Positions 62,449 to 64,000 of a stretch of DNA of 64,000 nucleotides are shown here, piece after piece. The notes below the pieces were generated by a model that saw only the letters and a program-made list of their open reading frames with translations, had not been told where the DNA came from and did no database searches. How positions within the stretch are numbered: the first letter of the stretch is position 1; every line of letters begins with the position of its first letter. The DNA comes from Dehalococcoidia bacterium (GTDB lineage: Bacteria; Chloroflexota; Dehalococcoidia; GIF9; DYGU01). A program made the position numbers and the translations under genes. Location of the stretch: positions 18,708 to 82,707 of the forward strand of contig JBHOQK010000024.1 in the NCBI GenBank assembly GCA_042408205.1, in the 5' to 3' direction.

Positions 62449-64000
62449 TTAAATTTTCCTCACTCCCAACACTACTTTACTACCGTTAATATTACAAGTC
62501 TCGGTATAAATTCCCGGTTCCGGTATGCCTTCAATAAGTTGTTCCGATAAAGTTTCTTGCCTGATATAGTCAGCAAACTTTTCTATTATTGGTCTAACAC
62601 CTTCCCCATAATAATACGTAATAATATGATCAGCAATATTAAAACCGGCAGAGCGGCGTATCGTTTGTATACGGCGAACTAACTCCCGAGCCATTCCTTC
62701 AGCTATTAATTCCGGAGACAATTCAGTGCTTATAGCTACCCAATAATCTCCTTCACTCGCAATAGCATAACCTAGCTTGTCACCGGAAAATTCCGCTTCC
62801 ACAAACTCTACTTCCTTAATGTTAAGTTCATCAAGAAGTTGCCAGGAAAGCTTATGTAAAGCTTCTTTTTCTTCCTTGGATCGGGTTTTAATTATTATCT
62901 TAGCTAACGGCTGACGCACTTTAATTTTAGCCTGACTCCGAGCAGCTCTCCCCAAGCTTGATATTCTCATGACCAGCCTGGTGTTAGCCATAAGAGACCA
63001 ATCAATTTGAGATTCATCCCCTACCGGAAAATCAGTTAAGTGAACACTTTCCGGAGCCTTTAAATCAACAGAGCGAACTAAATTTTGATAAATTTCCTCA
63101 GCAATAAAGGGAGTAAAAGGAGCTAAAAGTTTAGATAAAGTGACCAAGCAATGATATAAAGTAGTATAGGCTGCCATTTTATCAGCATCATTTTCGCTTT
63201 TCCAAAAGCGTCGGCGGCTACGCCTCACATACCAGTTCGAAAGGTCATCAACAAAATTAGCAATCATTCGCCCAGCGCTGGTTGGATCATAATTATCCAA
63301 AGCTTTTGTCACTTCAATAATCAGATTATTCAGTTCCGAAATAAGCCATTTGTCCAAGTCAGAAACCGATACTACCATTTGTGCTTTGGGATCAAACTGA
63401 TCAATGTTAGCATAGATAACAAAGAAGGAATAAGTATTCCACAAAGTAAGCAAAAAATTCCGTAAAGCTTCAACCACCATTTCTTCAGAGAAACGTCGTA
63501 CATTACCCGCGGGGGAAGAAGTAAACAAATACCAACGCAAAGCATCACTACCATACTTATTGAATATTAGCCAAGGATCAACTACATTTCCTTTGGCTTT
63601 GCTCATCTTTTCACCTTTAGCATCTAAAATATGACCGAGGCAAATCACATTCTTAAAACACGGGCGGTTAAAAATTAGAGTAGACAAAGCATGAAGGCTA
63701 TAAAACCAGCCCCGAGTTTGATCAACAGCTTCACAAATAAAATCTGCCGGAAAGGTCTCCTCAAACCTTTCTTTATCCTCAAAGGGGTAATGCCATTGAG
63801 CAAAAGGCATAGCCCCAGAATCAAACCAACAATCAATAACTTCACTTACCCGGCGCATCGTGTCTTGCCCATGGCTTTCCCCAAGTTTTGACTTAGGGCA
63901 CTTCAAAATCAAGTTGTCGATAAAGGGACGATGTAAGTCTTTTAAACATTCATCCAGAGAAAACCCTTCTTTTGCCATAGCTTCATGGTGAGCTAACCTT
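62449..64000 (-). CDS. ileS: Isoleucine--tRNA ligase (type 2), C-terminal part; starts beyond window
   Basis: DCWFDSGAMP, ADFICEAVDQTRGWF, KMSKA, NWYVRRSRRRFW. Confidence 0.95.
   Translation of the reverse strand, partial: RLAHHEAMAKEGFSLDECLKDLHRPFIDNLILKCPKSKLGESHGQDTMRRVSEVIDCWFDSGAMPFAQWHYPFEDKERFEETFPADFICEAVDQTRGWFYSLHALSTLIFNRPCFKNVICLGHILDAKGEKMSKAKGNVVDPWLIFNKYGSDALRWYLFTSSPAGNVRRFSEEMVVEALRNFLLTLWNTYSFFVIYANIDQFDPKAQMVVSVSDLDKWLISELNNLIIEVTKALDNYDPTSAGRMIANFVDDLSNWYVRRSRRRFWKSENDADKMAAYTTLYHCLVTLSKLLAPFTPFIAEEIYQNLVRSVDLKAPESVHLTDFPVGDESQIDWSLMANTRLVMRISSLGRAARSQAKIKVRQPLAKIIIKTRSKEEKEALHKLSWQLLDELNIKEVEFVEAEFSGDKLGYAIASEGDYWVAISTELSPELIAEGMARELVRRIQTIRRSAGFNIADHIITYYYGEGVRPIIEKFADYIRQETLSEQLIEGIPEPGIYTETCNINGSKVVLGVRKI

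Noticed and set aside
1-64000. CRISPR arrays, IS elements, prophage or defence systems
   Set aside because: No repeat-spacer arrays or transposase, integrase, phage or defence-type ORFs were seen; the sirtuin is a standard CobB type in a metabolic operon

Overview
This is an AT-rich, densely coding housekeeping region. Gene order and protein features suggest a Chloroflexota bacterium, most likely Dehalococcoidia (inference). It contains EF-G2, gatCA, an Lrp/aminotransferase pair, trpS, argS, recG, fakAB, rpmB, and an arg cluster with an inserted TPR gene. It also has a lacD-pyk-pfkB sugar-phosphate unit, tRNA-Leu(TAG) and tRNA-Lys(CTT) flanking an orphan LutB-like gene, archease-rtcB, and an ilv-leu-cimA operon. 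The right half holds a guaA-pur operon broken after purS by an acyl-CoA ligase remnant, a crotonase/sirtuin/acyl-CoA ligase operon, a dcw cluster with no peptidoglycan genes (wHTH-mraZ-rsmH-ftsA-ftsZ), a Trp T-box upstream of a stand-alone trpB2, htrA and partial ileS. I saw no mobile elements or CRISPR arrays. The best lead is a tandem Trp-sensing leader in front of trpB2: a T-box followed by a 10-codon, SD-led peptide MSTMSWTWRS. Other leads are an unknown winged-helix gene directly behind the MraZ boxes and three small basic ORFs missing from the ORF track. All calls come from reading motifs by eye; no database searches were run.
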